DNA of 39,698 bases from Mustelus asterias (Eukaryota): positions 25,196,303 to 25,236,000 of the forward strand of contig NC_135816.1 in NCBI RefSeq assembly GCF_964213995.1. Direction: 5' to 3'. Below the pieces are notes generated by a model, which searched no databases, had not been told where the DNA came from, and saw only the letters and a list, made by a program, of their open reading frames with translations. Of this stretch, positions 12,147 through 23,902 are shown one piece after another; position 1 is the first letter of the stretch; every line of letters starts with the position of its first letter. The translations under genes and the position numbers were made by a program.

Positions 12147-12528
12147 AGAAACTGATAGCCAAGTTCCGCACACATGAGGACGGCCTAAACCGGGATGTTG
12201 GATTTATGTCACACTATCAGTAACCCCCACAGCTTTCCCCCTAATCTTGCAGAATCTCACTAGCTGTTCTGTCTGGAGACAATACACATCTCTTTAACCT
12301 GTGTTGAATGCTCCCTCCACCCACATTATCTGTACCTTTAAGACCTGGCTGGCTGTAGAAATTTGCATTCTAATTAGTATTCTGTAGCTTGATTTCTGTG
12401 TCTGTGCACTGTTGGAGAACAGATATCCACTCCATCTGACGAAGGAGCAGTGCTCCGAAAGCTTATGGTATTTGCTACCAAATAAACCTGTTGGACTTTA
12501 ACCTGGTGTTGTGAGACTTCTTACTGTG
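12147..12528 (+). mobile_element. Penelope-like element 3' fragment (ORF end plus pLTR) in rnf14 coding intron 4
   Basis: 12149-12223 reads KLIAKFRTHEDGLNRDVGFMSHYQ*, the GLN-type end typical of PLE GIY-YIG domains. It is followed by a hammerhead motif and AATAAA. Confidence 0.85.
12432..12468 (+). ncRNA. Minimal type I hammerhead ribozyme motif
   Basis: Stem I ccat/atgg; core CTGACGA 12436-12442 plus one A; stem II GGAGC-agt-GCTCC; GAAA 12457-12460; palindromic stem III AGCT; predicted cut after CUU (12464). Confidence 0.8.
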
Positions 12529-12564
12529 ATTGACAAGGCAGCCTTTACATTTAAGTTGCAACCT

Positions 12565-12963
12565 CGATCAAGGGCAGGATGAAAGTCAGGGCTCAAATAA
12601 AATTAACAAGTGTGTCTGGGGACAGAGGTCTGTGTATGAGTGTGCTGCCGGACGCTTGTGGCATAGTTTTAACATTGATATTTATTTTTAACGGGTCAGC
12701 AACTCCCTGAGACAGCTCCACAGTGGCTGTCCCCGAGGGAGCACATTGGAAGTGCCAGTCTGCTCATTTCCTCAGTGCCTGCCCTCTTCCTGCCCTCCAT
12801 TGTAGCACTCAGCCTTTCACAAAGTTCATTTCACTGTGGATGGTTGTTAACTGGTGAGCCAGAGTGAAATTGCGCCCCAGGGCTGAACGAGGCCAGGAAT
12901 GCATTTCACACCTGCTTCTGAGCCCGTCGAGTGTGCACACCCAACAGGCGAAAAATTCGAGCT
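12565..12963. mobile_element. Possible decayed non-autonomous DNA transposon fragment
   Basis: GC-richer island ending aaaaattcgagc, reminiscent of the MITE ends elsewhere in the window. Left terminus not clear. Confidence 0.3.
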
Positions 12964-13482
12964 ATTAATTATTGGTAGTTACCTAATATATAAATTGTCA
13001 GGCATTCGGATTGACATTGCTTTTTAGAAATGCTCTTGATTCAATTTTTATTGAAAATTAATAAATAAACTATATTGTTTAAAGAGCCTTAATTCCACTG
13101 AGGTAGATTAGATCTAAATGACGTACAAATTTAGCACATGGAAGATATGAGTTGTTCATCAAGTGTGCAATTTAGCAAGGAGCATCTGTTAGATCTTAAA
13201 TTACGGGAGAATGAAAAGAGGATTGTATTGTTTGGTTTGACTAATTGTATGATTTGTCATTTTAAGTGGTGACATTCCTGATTTTCTACATAATGTTCAT
13301 TCTGGTAACTGAAATGTTGGAGCAATAGGATTGATGACTAGGACGTGCTAGGCTTTGAATTCCACTCATTCACACTTGAACTTTGGCTAGATGGGCAGGA
13401 AGTATGAGGAAAGAAATCTGTTATTTGTGAGCCAGCTAGTTACTTTGTTTCTCAGTCTTCATTGGGATTTTTTCCTTTTCAG

Positions 13483-13655
13483 AGAAACTTTCTGCGCTGC
13501 GCGATGAGTATTTGAAGGCCGATGAATCTGGCAAACAGCGTTTGGAGAAGTCTTATGGGCGCCGAGTGCTTCAGAAAGCAGTGGAGGAGCTCTGCAGCCA
13601 GGAATGGCTTGATAAGAACTCAAAGCCATGTCCTCGCTGTGGCACAAACATACAG
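13483..13655 (+). CDS. rnf14: RNF14 coding exon 5 (linker, start of RING2)
   Basis: Acceptor cttttcag|. Encodes EKLSALRDEYLKADESGKQRLEKSYGRRVLQKAVEELCSQEWLDKNSKPCPRCGTNIQ. Donor cag|gttagt; phases 1/0. Confidence 0.96.
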
Positions 13656-13930
13656 GTTAGTTGATCATCCTGAGGGGACACACTGAATTCAGGTTTTTAT
13701 TCTAACATTACTAGACGTTGTTCTTTGTGACCTTCAGTTTGAGGTTTGTCTTTTCAATTTTAAAAATACTTTTCAGCAATTTAAATATTTATTGAATTGA
13801 AACATTTTAAACGTTGGTTATTTTTGCATTTGTTTTTGATGTTTTTCATGTATCATGTAAATATTTCACATTTTCTTGTTCATAGAATTCATTGTTTTTA
13901 CTTTAATTTGCTCTGTTGAGAAGAGATTTC

Positions 13931-14228
13931 TAAGTTTAAGTTTATTTATTAGCATCACAAGTAGGCTTACATTAACACTGCAATGAAGTTACTGTGAAAA
14001 TCCCCTAGTCGCACCCTCCGGCACCTGTTCGGGTACACTGAGGGAGAATTTAGCATAGCAATGCATCTAACCAGCCTGTCTTTTGGACTGTGGGAGGAAA
14101 CTGGAGCACCCGGAGGGAACACAGACATGGGGAGAATGCTCAGACTCCACACAGACAGTGGCCCAAGCCAGGAGTCGAACCCGGGTCACTGGCGCTGTGA
14201 GACAGCAGTGCTAACCACCATGCCGCCC
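13931..14228 (-). mobile_element. V-SINE, tail type 2
   Basis: Full head, V-domain and type 2 tail. Confidence 0.92.
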
Positions 14229-14659
14229 TTATAGTTGCGGTTTGAATGCCTAACCCAATCTAGTGATCTTGTTTTTGTTACATTAAGGCACCGTTTTCTT
14301 TGCTTACATAACTTGAGTGGAACTATTTGGTTAAAATAGAAACATTTAATTTCATACTTTTTTTAGTACTTTTACTATTTAAGCTAAACATTTTCTGATC
14401 ATTGTTAGGAATCCATTTTCAGAAATCTCCAGGTATGTCTACTTGTATGCTACTGTAAGCATGATACCTGTGCTCTGGTATTAATACAGCGTGAGTCAGC
14501 TACTAAAGTATAGTGGGGTAGCCCAAGGAAATCTTTTTTTTCCCTTCCAGCCTGAAGAGGAAATGGGTAAACCATACCCATCATTATTGTGCAGTGACAA
14601 GTTTGATATTGGGAACCAGGTGGAAAATAAAACCTGCTTGGCATCAAGTTCTTTGCTTT

Positions 14660-14740
14660 CCAACAGTGACCACTTAAAGTACCTTGTTGGCTGTAAAGTG
14701 CTTGTGGATATCATGGGATGCTATTTAAGTGCAAATTCTT
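14660..14740 (+). mobile_element. Ancient SINE 3' tail remnant (DeuSINE/SacSINE-like)
   Basis: caacagtgac...aagtacc..ttggctgtaaagtgctt...gctatttaagtgcaa resembles recalled Deu-SINE tails; short and diverged. Confidence 0.4.
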
Positions 14741-14851
14741 ATGCACAATGCACATTTTATCACATTTCTACTTCTATAAACTTCCGGTATTGTTAGAGTT
14801 TCGTGACGATCGATGCTGTGGCTGCAGCCCCTACCAACAATGGCCCTAAGC

Positions 14852-15070
14852 CCTGTGTCTGCAAGTTCTCCCCATCTCTGCGTGGGTTTCCTTCAGGTGC
14901 TCCGATTTCCTCCCACAATCCGAAAGACGTGCTGATTAGGTGCATTGGCCTTGCTAAATTCTCCCTCAGTGTACCCGAGCAGGCGCCAGAGTGTGGCGAT
15001 TAGGGGATTTTCACAGTAACTTCATTGCATTGTTAATGTAAGCCTACTTGTGACACTAATGAATAAAATA
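14852..15070 (+). mobile_element. 5'-truncated V-SINE, tail type 2
   Basis: V-domain and type 2 tail; tRNA head missing. Confidence 0.9.
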
Positions 15071-15191
15071 AGAAATACCAAATGTTTGCCTGGTCACAAT
15101 ATCATTGATAACAATGTAAAATTAACTAGTTTATAATGGAATACTTTGTTATTGATTGCTGTAGTAAGATGTTATTTATGTTCTTTTTCAG

Positions 15192-15322
15192 AAGGTGAAT
15201 GGATGCAATAAGATGACTTGCACCGGCTGTAAGCAGTACTTCTGTTGGCTTTGCATACAACCACTTTCGAAAGTAAATCCATACAGTCACTTCAGCGATT
15301 CCTCATCGCCCTGCTTCAATGA
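15192..15322 (+). CDS. rnf14: RNF14 coding exon 6 (RING2/Rcat with catalytic Cys)
   Basis: Acceptor tttttcag|. Encodes KVNGCNKMTCTGCKQYFCWLCIQPLSKVNPYSHFSDSSSPCFN. Putative catalytic Cys codon at 15204-15206 (C412). Donor ga|gtgagt; phases 0/2. Confidence 0.96.
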
Positions 15323-16121
15323 GTGAGTTTATTTATTAAAATAGTTTTATTCTGCTATATTCTTAAACATTAGATTGCTGATAAGGCTTTCATGTTTATC
15401 TTCCTCTGATAACTTGCTGCTTGTAGTACTGACCAACAACTGTGTTTGTTCAGATAGTGGAGGTTGTCTTGTCCACAAAATGATGCAAACTGCAGCAAGT
15501 CTTGTAAATTTGAAGATGTGTCAGTATTTATTTTATTTAATTCCTTGCTGTAATACAGTTCGAACCTACATTCACCTATTATTTGTTTGTTGTATTTGTC
15601 ACGTGATTGTTACATCACATAAGCAAAGTAAGTGAATTATAGGTTATTACAAGTTCAAACTGCATTTTAACTTAAAGCAAACACAGTAAATTTGATGTTT
15701 ATTGAGTTGTAGGTTGTACCTTTCTTTAACAGGCTTGCATCATGTGATTTACAATCAATGGCATTGTAGAATTACTGTGGCATTGCTTTTAACAAGTGCA
15801 GCAATTCACCGGAAGCACTTGGATGGGTAGCAAGTGGAATGATTCTAACGTGAAGGGGCCAGAAGGAAGGAGGACTTCAGGGGCTTGGACATCGGAGTAT
15901 GGGTAGTGATGTCAATTTGAAATTGCCATGAACCTCCGATTTGTGGACATGAGCTTGGAGATGGCTGAATAGCATTGGTGGATGCAAAGCTATGTACATA
16001 GAGTGCAGCTCAACATGAAGAGAGAGATTTTGTGGTGGCTGACAGCTGGAAATAGAGCAACCTGAATGTGGCCAAGCTGTCAAGATGAAACCATCCCACG
16101 AAGGTTAGGGGCAGAAACCAC

Positions 16122-16610
16122 AGGCAGAATCTTAGGAGAATTTGGTAGAGTGTCAGTCCTGGTGAGAAAACTGACGTGGAACTCTCCAGGTCCACTGACC
16201 GGTTTTCTTTCCACATCTTCTCACTTTAACTGTCAAAAGAAAACGTGGGTGTCATTTGTGCTGTCACTCGGGTGGGCGCCCGTTTTAAAGAGCACTCGGA
16301 TCACTGAAACAAAAATTAATCTCCCTCCACTCCCCCTTCAACTCAAAGGTATCTGTGGCCTGCTGCCTTCCCCCAATCATTGTCGGCATCCCCATTGCTC
16401 ACAATGTCTGTTCCAGCCTGGCAATGCCAACCTGTATCAGGTGGCAGTGCCAGGGCACTTCCAGGCCATGTCCCCCTCTCATGTGTCGCCGGTGAGGGGC
16501 AGTGAAAATTGGAGCTCACGATTTTGCCAGCGAGATTCGCGATTTCCAGGTTTTGCTGAATTCCCGCTGGCGATCTTGCAGATGGAGAGTGCGGGTTCAA
16601 GATCCTGCCC
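16122..16610. mobile_element. MITE, Harbinger/PIF-like
   Basis: Terminal inverted repeats aggcagaatctt ... aagatcctgccc; GC/CpG-richer interior; imperfect 3-bp flanks cac/aac. Confidence 0.55.
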
Positions 16611-17635
16611 AACAACTTTCATTGATACAGCACCTATTGATGTAGAAGAATGCTCCATGGCATTTCACACCGGAGAAGAGGGTGCTCACTGATCCTTTGT
16701 AGGATAGGAAAGGTGGTAGAATGGCATAGAGAAGCCTTAATTCCTTGGTAATATAAATTAAAACATCAAAAGCAGTCTCAACATCCCCAGTAATTGTGAA
16801 AACAGTGGTGACGTTAAGTGCAAATTGAAAATGTTTGTACATCTGTGTCCTGTGGTGTGCCCAGTGAAATAGTGATATGGACTTTTACTGCATGTGTGGC
16901 ACGTTCTACATAGAGAATCCATCATTGTAGAGAAGATTACACATGCACTTATGAAAACATGTGTTTCATAAGGAGCAGTGAATCTGCAGAGTCCTGTATT
17001 ATGATGTGTACATAGAGGCCCAAGTGTCAGGAGCCAGTGTTAGATAAACGAAATAGAAGTAGCGAAGGCAAAGCTACCAAGATGAGGGGAATAAACATTC
17101 TGCTGTTATAGAAAGATAAAATAGGTGAGTCTTGACAAGCTTTGTTTCTACAGAATATGTTGGTTATAAATTATATTTTCACGGGTTTATGGTTGGGTGG
17201 CTAATGACCCACCCTGTGCTGAAAGGAATTTTGGAAACGTTCTTCAGCAACATGTTTGAAGACCATTTGTGTGCTTTGATTAGATGTAATTTCTCAGAAA
17301 TCAGTCTCTGCTTGCTTCCCATAAATGTGTCAGAATGTTCCCCATGTTCTGATTACAGCTTTGTTTTCTAGAAAAAGTACTCCAGGCATGGATGACAGTA
17401 CTTTGATGACAAAAGCAACATTGTCCACTCAACTAACAGAACTAATTTTACACAAGACTCTTATAGCACCTGCCTTGTGCCTAAATTTAAGCCCTGTCCT
17501 ATAGCCCAAAAGTTGCTCTGTTAAATGTTGCAGTTATGGTTCATGCACACTAAATTGAAATAATGATATGGGTAGGTCAAGCTTCAAGAGAGATTCAATT
17601 GTGGGCTTTTTATAATGATACTTTTTATTTTTTAG

Positions 17636-17708
17636 GCTTTTCCAAGGTATTGAGTTTGAAGCAGAAGAGGATTTCTTGAGCGATGAAGATGATGATGGAA
17701 TTGTTTAA
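17636..17708 (+). CDS. rnf14: RNF14 terminal coding exon (acidic tail, TAA stop)
   Basis: Poly-T acceptor ttttttag|. Phase 2 completes E, then LFQGIEFEAEEDFLSDEDDDGIV*. Acidic C-terminus as in vertebrate RNF14; total CDS 1425 nt. Confidence 0.93.
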
Positions 17709-18411
17709 GCTATTTTCTGAAGTTACTGAATCATCATTATGTGAAGCTCATGCTTTGACCACTTAAACTGACATGCAACTTATCTTCAGTGCCATCGATC
17801 ATAGTTGAAACAACCCCGACAATGATTTAGCATTTATCTGTGATGAAACATGTGGCTCAGATTATATAGTTTGGCAGGGATTTTTGTTTTCAGCTTTAAA
17901 TATTTATGCACGCACAATATATTTGAGCAGATTAAGCTGACAAGTTTGAGAGGAAGATCATGTTTCGTTTAATTTGAGAGAAAAATATTTATATAGTTGA
18001 GTAAAATTAAGAACTCTTATCAATGGGAGCCATTTTCAAAAATAATTGACCATAGAGAAATATCAATGCTATTTTTATTTTCCAGTTTAATAAAAGAGTT
18101 TCTCCTCCACAACCTTCCAAACTTCCAGAAATTTTGACCTTGAGATAATGCCCACTGTAGCAATTGTTTGTAGACCTCTTGCTGCAGCTCTTGACCTATT
18201 GGCGAAGATATTGATGTCCAAACTTTTTATCTTGATGGGCCACTTAATCATGGAGGTCTGCAAGCCAACACAGGCTATAGTTTCTGAATGGAGTTTCCCT
18301 ACTTTGTGCAACGGTTCAAACTGTGTGTGGCTTTTATTGATTTATTTTCAGTTTAGACATCGGAACAGACACAGGCTTTATCCTAGTCCTGATTTTTCTT
18401 TTACATTAAAA

Positions 18412-18606
18412 AGATAAAATGCTGGAAATACTGAGCATATTGAGTCACATCTGTGGAGAGAGAGAGAGACAATTAATGTCAATGATCTATCTTCAGAACC
18501 AAAAACATTAACTCTGTTCTATCCCATAGATACCAACCAATCTGAGTGTTTCCAGAATGTTCTGTTTTCAGTTCATATTTCCAGCATACATAGTATTTTG
18601 CCTTTT
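18412..18606. mobile_element. Old palindromic PLE-derived element in the probable 3' UTR
   Basis: Left arm aaaatgctggaaatactgagca...catctgtggagagaga mirrored by ctgagtgtttccagaatgttct, then ...ttccagcatacatagtattttgc; same family as 23737 and 37231. Confidence 0.65.
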
Positions 18607-19003
18607 TAAAATTAATGTTTTTACCCACTGGTTTCAGTAACATGGTTGGTGTGGGGGTGGGTGGGGTGGGGTGTGCAGTAGGTAAGATAGAAAAGAGCCA
18701 TATAAAAGTTTACATTTGTACAATGCAAAAAAGTGCAGGGTGGTAATAATGGAGCAGTCACCCTGAGTTGCAGTGCTCTTTGAATTCCCATAGCAGGCAG
18801 CACTCATTATCTGTTACACAGAACTGCATCTTTGAACTCTTCATTATTTGATGCCTTTGCTTGCCCAAAACTTGTGACCAAAGGAATGATTTATGACATA
18901 TAAAACAGGAGGAAACAGACACTTTAGAAATTAAAAGGTGAAATTAATGCTCCTTTAGCCAAATATGGGCCAGTTAGTCAGATTTTATTCTGCTTTCTCT
19001 TCA

Positions 19004-19026
19004 CCCCCCCCCCCCCCCCCCCCCCC
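19004..19026. repeat. Poly-C tract (C23)
   Basis: Read directly. Confidence 0.95.
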
Positions 19027-22000
19027 AACCACCAGTACCACTCCTTTCCTGGAAATTAATTCATTTTTTGCTCTCTATTGTAATCACTCGGATGCACTTT
19101 ACTGCTGGAGTGCTTGTTTGTGGGGAAAACTGTGACGTCCCATCCTGCTATTTCTCACTGTATCCATCTTGATCACTTCACCCAAAAGCCCTGCCAGTCA
19201 CTTGAGCACTTTCTTTATTTCCTCTAAATATGCATACACAATGTCTCGTGGTAATGGTGACTAAAATAGAGAATCGCTGCAAGAAGGTGTTCTAGGAGAT
19301 ACCTCTACTTATTTCAGGAATTGTGAACAAGAATTTGTAAACCTGATAGCCATGACTCAATGGCATTTATTGCAGTTGTAACTTAAACATTATAGACAAG
19401 AATTTGAACAAGAACAGTTTCTTTGCACTCCTTCTTGCCCTTCACACTTCAAAATAAAATGCTTATAGCAGAGCAATATATTGGAGTATACAGTGACAAC
19501 TATTTTTTAAATAAAGAAATTGGATAAAGGAATCTGCAGAACCAAGAAATCACAACTTTCATAAGTAATTATAAATCCATGTAACGAGCTTATAATCTCC
19601 TCCCAGCAAGTTCAACTCTGTATAAATAGTCAAGAGATACTTAATAAAAATGGATATCCAGGTTAATGATTGTTTGTAATTTTGAAAGACATTTGGTTGT
19701 GATATTCTCTTTGGGTGAATTGGGTTTTGAATCTCTAAGTGGCAATTTACCTTCTCGGTATGCTTGAGCTGGATTTTAGTACTATCACAAATCAAACATC
19801 TTTCTGTTGTTTTTTGATACACATAGAAGTCCCCTGGGTTTTTTCTTTGTTTCCTGATGATCCATTTGTTTTGAGTGTTAGTGAAACAATATTGTACTAA
19901 TTTGAGAAATTCAGTGCAAATAGGAAACTATGGCGATGGCAGGATTCTGGTCAGTTGAAGAAAGGGAATTGAATCCTCAAGAGTTTTCCATCTATGAAGG
20001 GAGAGGAAAATGTCTGTCAGCTCCTTTAATCTGCAGTGAACTATAAACCTGTTGGCCTTTCTGCTTCAACTGGTCTAGGAGCAAATCTGCAATCCCTCTC
20101 CTGGACAAGTGCGTGATAGAAATGAGCAAGAGAATTGTTGGTTTAAATCTAAAATTATTTAAAAGGTGGATCAGCCTGAAATGATGAGCTTGTCATGTTA
20201 TGAATACTTTTTAGTTGCTGCAGTTTGGACTGCATTCCTGTAATGCTTCCTTGATATTCTTACATAAGCCAAACTGCTGGCTTTATGCCTTTAAGGAAGG
20301 CATTTCTTTCATCTAAGCTGTGCAATCGTAATCTGTTATGCCACCATGTTCCCTTTTATGCAAGTCTCATTTAAAGTATCGTGGAAAATAAACATTCTTT
20401 AAAATCCAAGTAGTAATTGAATAAAAAGACTTTTTCATGACTTTTGGTAATCCTATGTTCTCAACAACACTAAAATATTTGCAGTTATCTTTAGTTAACC
20501 ATGTGCCTACTGAATAATCATTGGGTGCTTTAAATCTCAGTTAACTTTGTTTTTAAATTAATATAATGTCATGTAGTGCAGCCTACAGTCTCATTTCAAT
20601 AATGTGACATGGAAAAAATGTGCACCGACCATTTTTACTTCAGTGGCAGTGAATTTCAGAAGTTAACATTCAACAATGAGTTTTTCTGTGAAGGAAATAG
20701 CCATAGAGCTTCAAGTTGCCTCTTTTCTTAGTTAGCAAATTTTAAAAAAGATTTCCTGTTTGGGGTTTCATTAATAGGTGTAGCCGTTGAAAAGTATATC
20801 ATCTCTGATCACTTTGTAAATTTGAAATTTTTTAAAAAACAAAAGCATAGCGCGCAGTATTTGAGTTTACTATGATTGATGGAGCCACATGTTTACCTGA
20901 CCCACTTTCCTTCTATCACCCTGGTTTTGATTTAGTGACCATTCTGGATTTGTATCAAATTTCTCCTGCTTAAAAGACCACAAAGTCCATACTGAAGGAA
21001 GTCACTCTTGGCAAGTTTAACTGATTTATTAATTATATCTGGTTACCCATAATAATGCACCTGAGCTTTCAGTGATTTATCCCAATCCTTGATAATTACT
21101 CAATGCAGTAACATATATCTAACTTATTTGAACATTTAGTGTTTCCTTTCTTGCTGCGCCCTCCCACCCCCTCCCGAATTCAGTGACCCCTATAATTACT
21201 TAGGATTTTACCATTGTGCATATCTATTATTTTGCAGTGTGGATCATTTAGGTCTAATTTCGTAAGAGATCATTTTGTAGCTAATGTGTAGTGATATTCA
21301 TACTAATGTTTAGGTTACAGTCACTGAGGTTTATTAACTCACTGCGAGGAAGCATAACATCTACTATGTACTGTACTGGTTGGAGAAACTGGTAAAGCTG
21401 AAATGGTGGAAGCACCTTCCATTTAAGATGTTGTTTAATCCTAAGATTGCTACATCCTTGGGTACATACTGTGATCCCTCTGTTTTCCTCTGAACTTGCC
21501 ATCACCAAGAGCTTTCCTATTGTAATCCTGATATAAGGTCTTCAATTAAAACAACTAGTTTTATCCACATAGCTCTACTTTTCATGGCATGATCTGCTAC
21601 CCAAAACTGAAGTTACAATTAGATCAGCTCACAAGAAAAGTCTTATCGGGAAATGTTGCTTTCTTAGTTTTATGAAGTTCTTCAAATAGGCATAATTTTG
21701 GGATTAGTGTTTTTTAAAAATACAATCTTCAAAGAAAGATTATATTGTTTTACAATAAAAACCTTAACTGCTGTGAAATAGTGTATTTAGATTGAACTGT
21801 TAGAATATACAAATAAGATGTCTAAAATTGAAAATTTTCTTGTATCAAAGGATGTGATGGAGGTTTACAGTTCTGTCAAATAAACAATTGATGGACGCAT
21901 TGGCCTAGGCTTTATTCTTCGGTAAAGTTTACGGATCTTTTTGTGTTTGATCTTGAAATTGAACATTAGTTTATCATAAAGTGGAAAAGGCTTTTTTTTC

Positions 22001-22550
22001 CCCCATAAGATTGCTACAATGGAAAACTTCATCTCCCCATTGTAGATCCATCGTATATTTTTAAATGCATTCCTGATCTTTTATATGCAAACCCCATCAA
22101 CATTGTGCATTATAAGTTACCTCCACGTTTATAATAGTGAGAAGCTGTGTAAATCTGTCACACCTTCGTCCCCATCCACTGGAACAGTTCTCGTGCTCCT
22201 GCTTATGTAGGATTCAAGTATATACTACTTTACCTGAAGACTACACTTGGTTTTGACTTACCATGTGTAATGTCATAAGTTTGTATTAAAAATCTTGCAT
22301 AGTCTTTCAGCAATAAATTCCAATATCTAATTTTATAACTCACTGCGAGGAACTGCCAATGTGAATTTGTACTGTAATTATAACCTCCCACTAAGTGAAG
22401 GTGCTGTAATCACTGCACAAGGCCCACTTGGTTTCTCTGATCTCCCCTAAATATCTGCTGACACAGGATTATCCATGAGCCATGGCCTCCTCTTGCTTCT
22501 GTTCCACTGAAGAAAAGGAAATGTTGTCTTCCCTGGATAGGAACCAGTTT

Positions 22551-23736
22551 TACATAGAAAATAGAAGCAGGAGTAGGCCACTCAACCCTTCAAGCCTGTT
22601 CTGCCATTCATTTTGATCATGGCTGATCATCAAATTCAATATCCTGATCCTGCCTTTCCCTCCCCAATATCCCTTGATTCCTTTATCTCCAAGAGCTACA
22701 TCTAATTTCTTCTTGAAATCACACAACGTTTTGGCCTCAACTACTTTGTGATAGTGAATTCCACACATTCACCACTCTGGGTGAAGAAATTTCTCCTCAC
22801 CTCAGTTCTAAAAGGTTTACCCCTTATCCTCAAACTATGACCCCTAGCTCTGGACTCCCACACCATCAGGAACATTCTTTCTGAATCTACCCTAGCTAAT
22901 CCTGTTAGAATTTAATAAGTTTCTATGAGATCCCCTCTCCCTCTTCTAAACTCCAGTGAATATAATCCTAACTGACTTAGACTCTCCTCATATGACAGAC
23001 CTGCCATCCCAGGAGTCAGCCTGGTAAATCTTCACTGTACTTTCTCTATAGCAATTCTTCCTCAGATAAGCACACCAAAACTGCACACACTATTCCAGGC
23101 GTGGCCTCACCAATGTCATATACAATTGCAGTAAAACATTCCTATTCTCAAATCCTCTCACTATGAACATACCATTTGCTTTCTTTACTGCCTGCGTGCT
23201 TACTTTCAGCAAGGACACTGAGTATCCACCAATCTCAATTTTCATTCATTCAAATAATAATCTGCCTTCCTATTATTGCTACCAAAGTGGATAACCTCAT
23301 ATTTATCCAGTATATTGCATATACCCACACACTCAGCCTGTCCAGATCATGCTGAAGCATCTCTGCATCCTCCTCACAGCTCACCTTCCTATCCAACTTT
23401 GTATCAGCTGCAAATTTAGAGATAATACATTCAGTTCCCTCTTCCAAATCATTAATATATAATGTGAACAGTTGGGGCCCTGCGCAACCATATTAGTCAC
23501 TGACTGCCAATCAGAGAAAGACCCATTTATGCCAATTCTTTGCTTCCTGTCTGCTAACCAGCTTTCTGTTCTGCTCAAGGCACTACCCACAACTTTATAT
23601 AGTAGTGTGCAATCAGAGACCTTGTCGAAAGCCTTCTAAAAGTCTAAATAGACCCACTGGTTTTCCTTGGTCAACTCTACTAGTTACATCCCCAAAAAAT
23701 TCCAATAGGTTTGTCAAGCATGATTTCCCCTTTATA
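22551..23736 (-). mobile_element. CR1 LINE, 3' part of an interrupted copy
   Basis: catagaaaatagaagcaggagtaggcc tail; RT remnants (ISKFAADTKL; WLADRKQRIGINGSFSDW). Confidence 0.9.
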
Positions 23737-23902
23737 AAAGCAAATTACTGCGGATGATGGAATCTGAAACCAAAAGAAAAAATGCTGGAAAATCTCAGCA
23801 GGTCTGGCAGCGTCTGTAAGGAGAGAAAAGCTGACATTTCGAGTCCTGATGACCCTTTGTCAAAGCTTTGACAAAGGGTCATCTGGCCTCAACGCCAGCT
23901 CT
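23737..23902. mobile_element. Palindromic PLE-derived short element (right end resumes at about 25895-25927)
   Basis: 36-bp perfect palindrome 23848-23883. Minus strand 23829-23867 reads agct-TTGACAA-a-gggtc/atcag/gactc-GAAA-tg-TC-agct. Confidence 0.85.

Larger units (their letters stand above)
17709..22320 (+). other. rnf14: Probable long rnf14 3' UTR with several candidate AATAAA signals (true end unknown)
   Basis: AT-rich and nearly free of young repeats until about 22550. AATAAA at 18089 and near 19453, 19510, 20387, 20420, 21754 and 22312. Confidence 0.5.

Noticed and set aside
15204-15215. GCNKM lacking the His found in many RBR catalytic motifs
   Set aside because: As recalled, human RNF14 has the same GCNKM, so it is a family trait rather than a novelty.
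16066-16692. 208-aa ORF
   Set aside because: Overlaps a GC-rich MITE; no recognisable domain or splice context.
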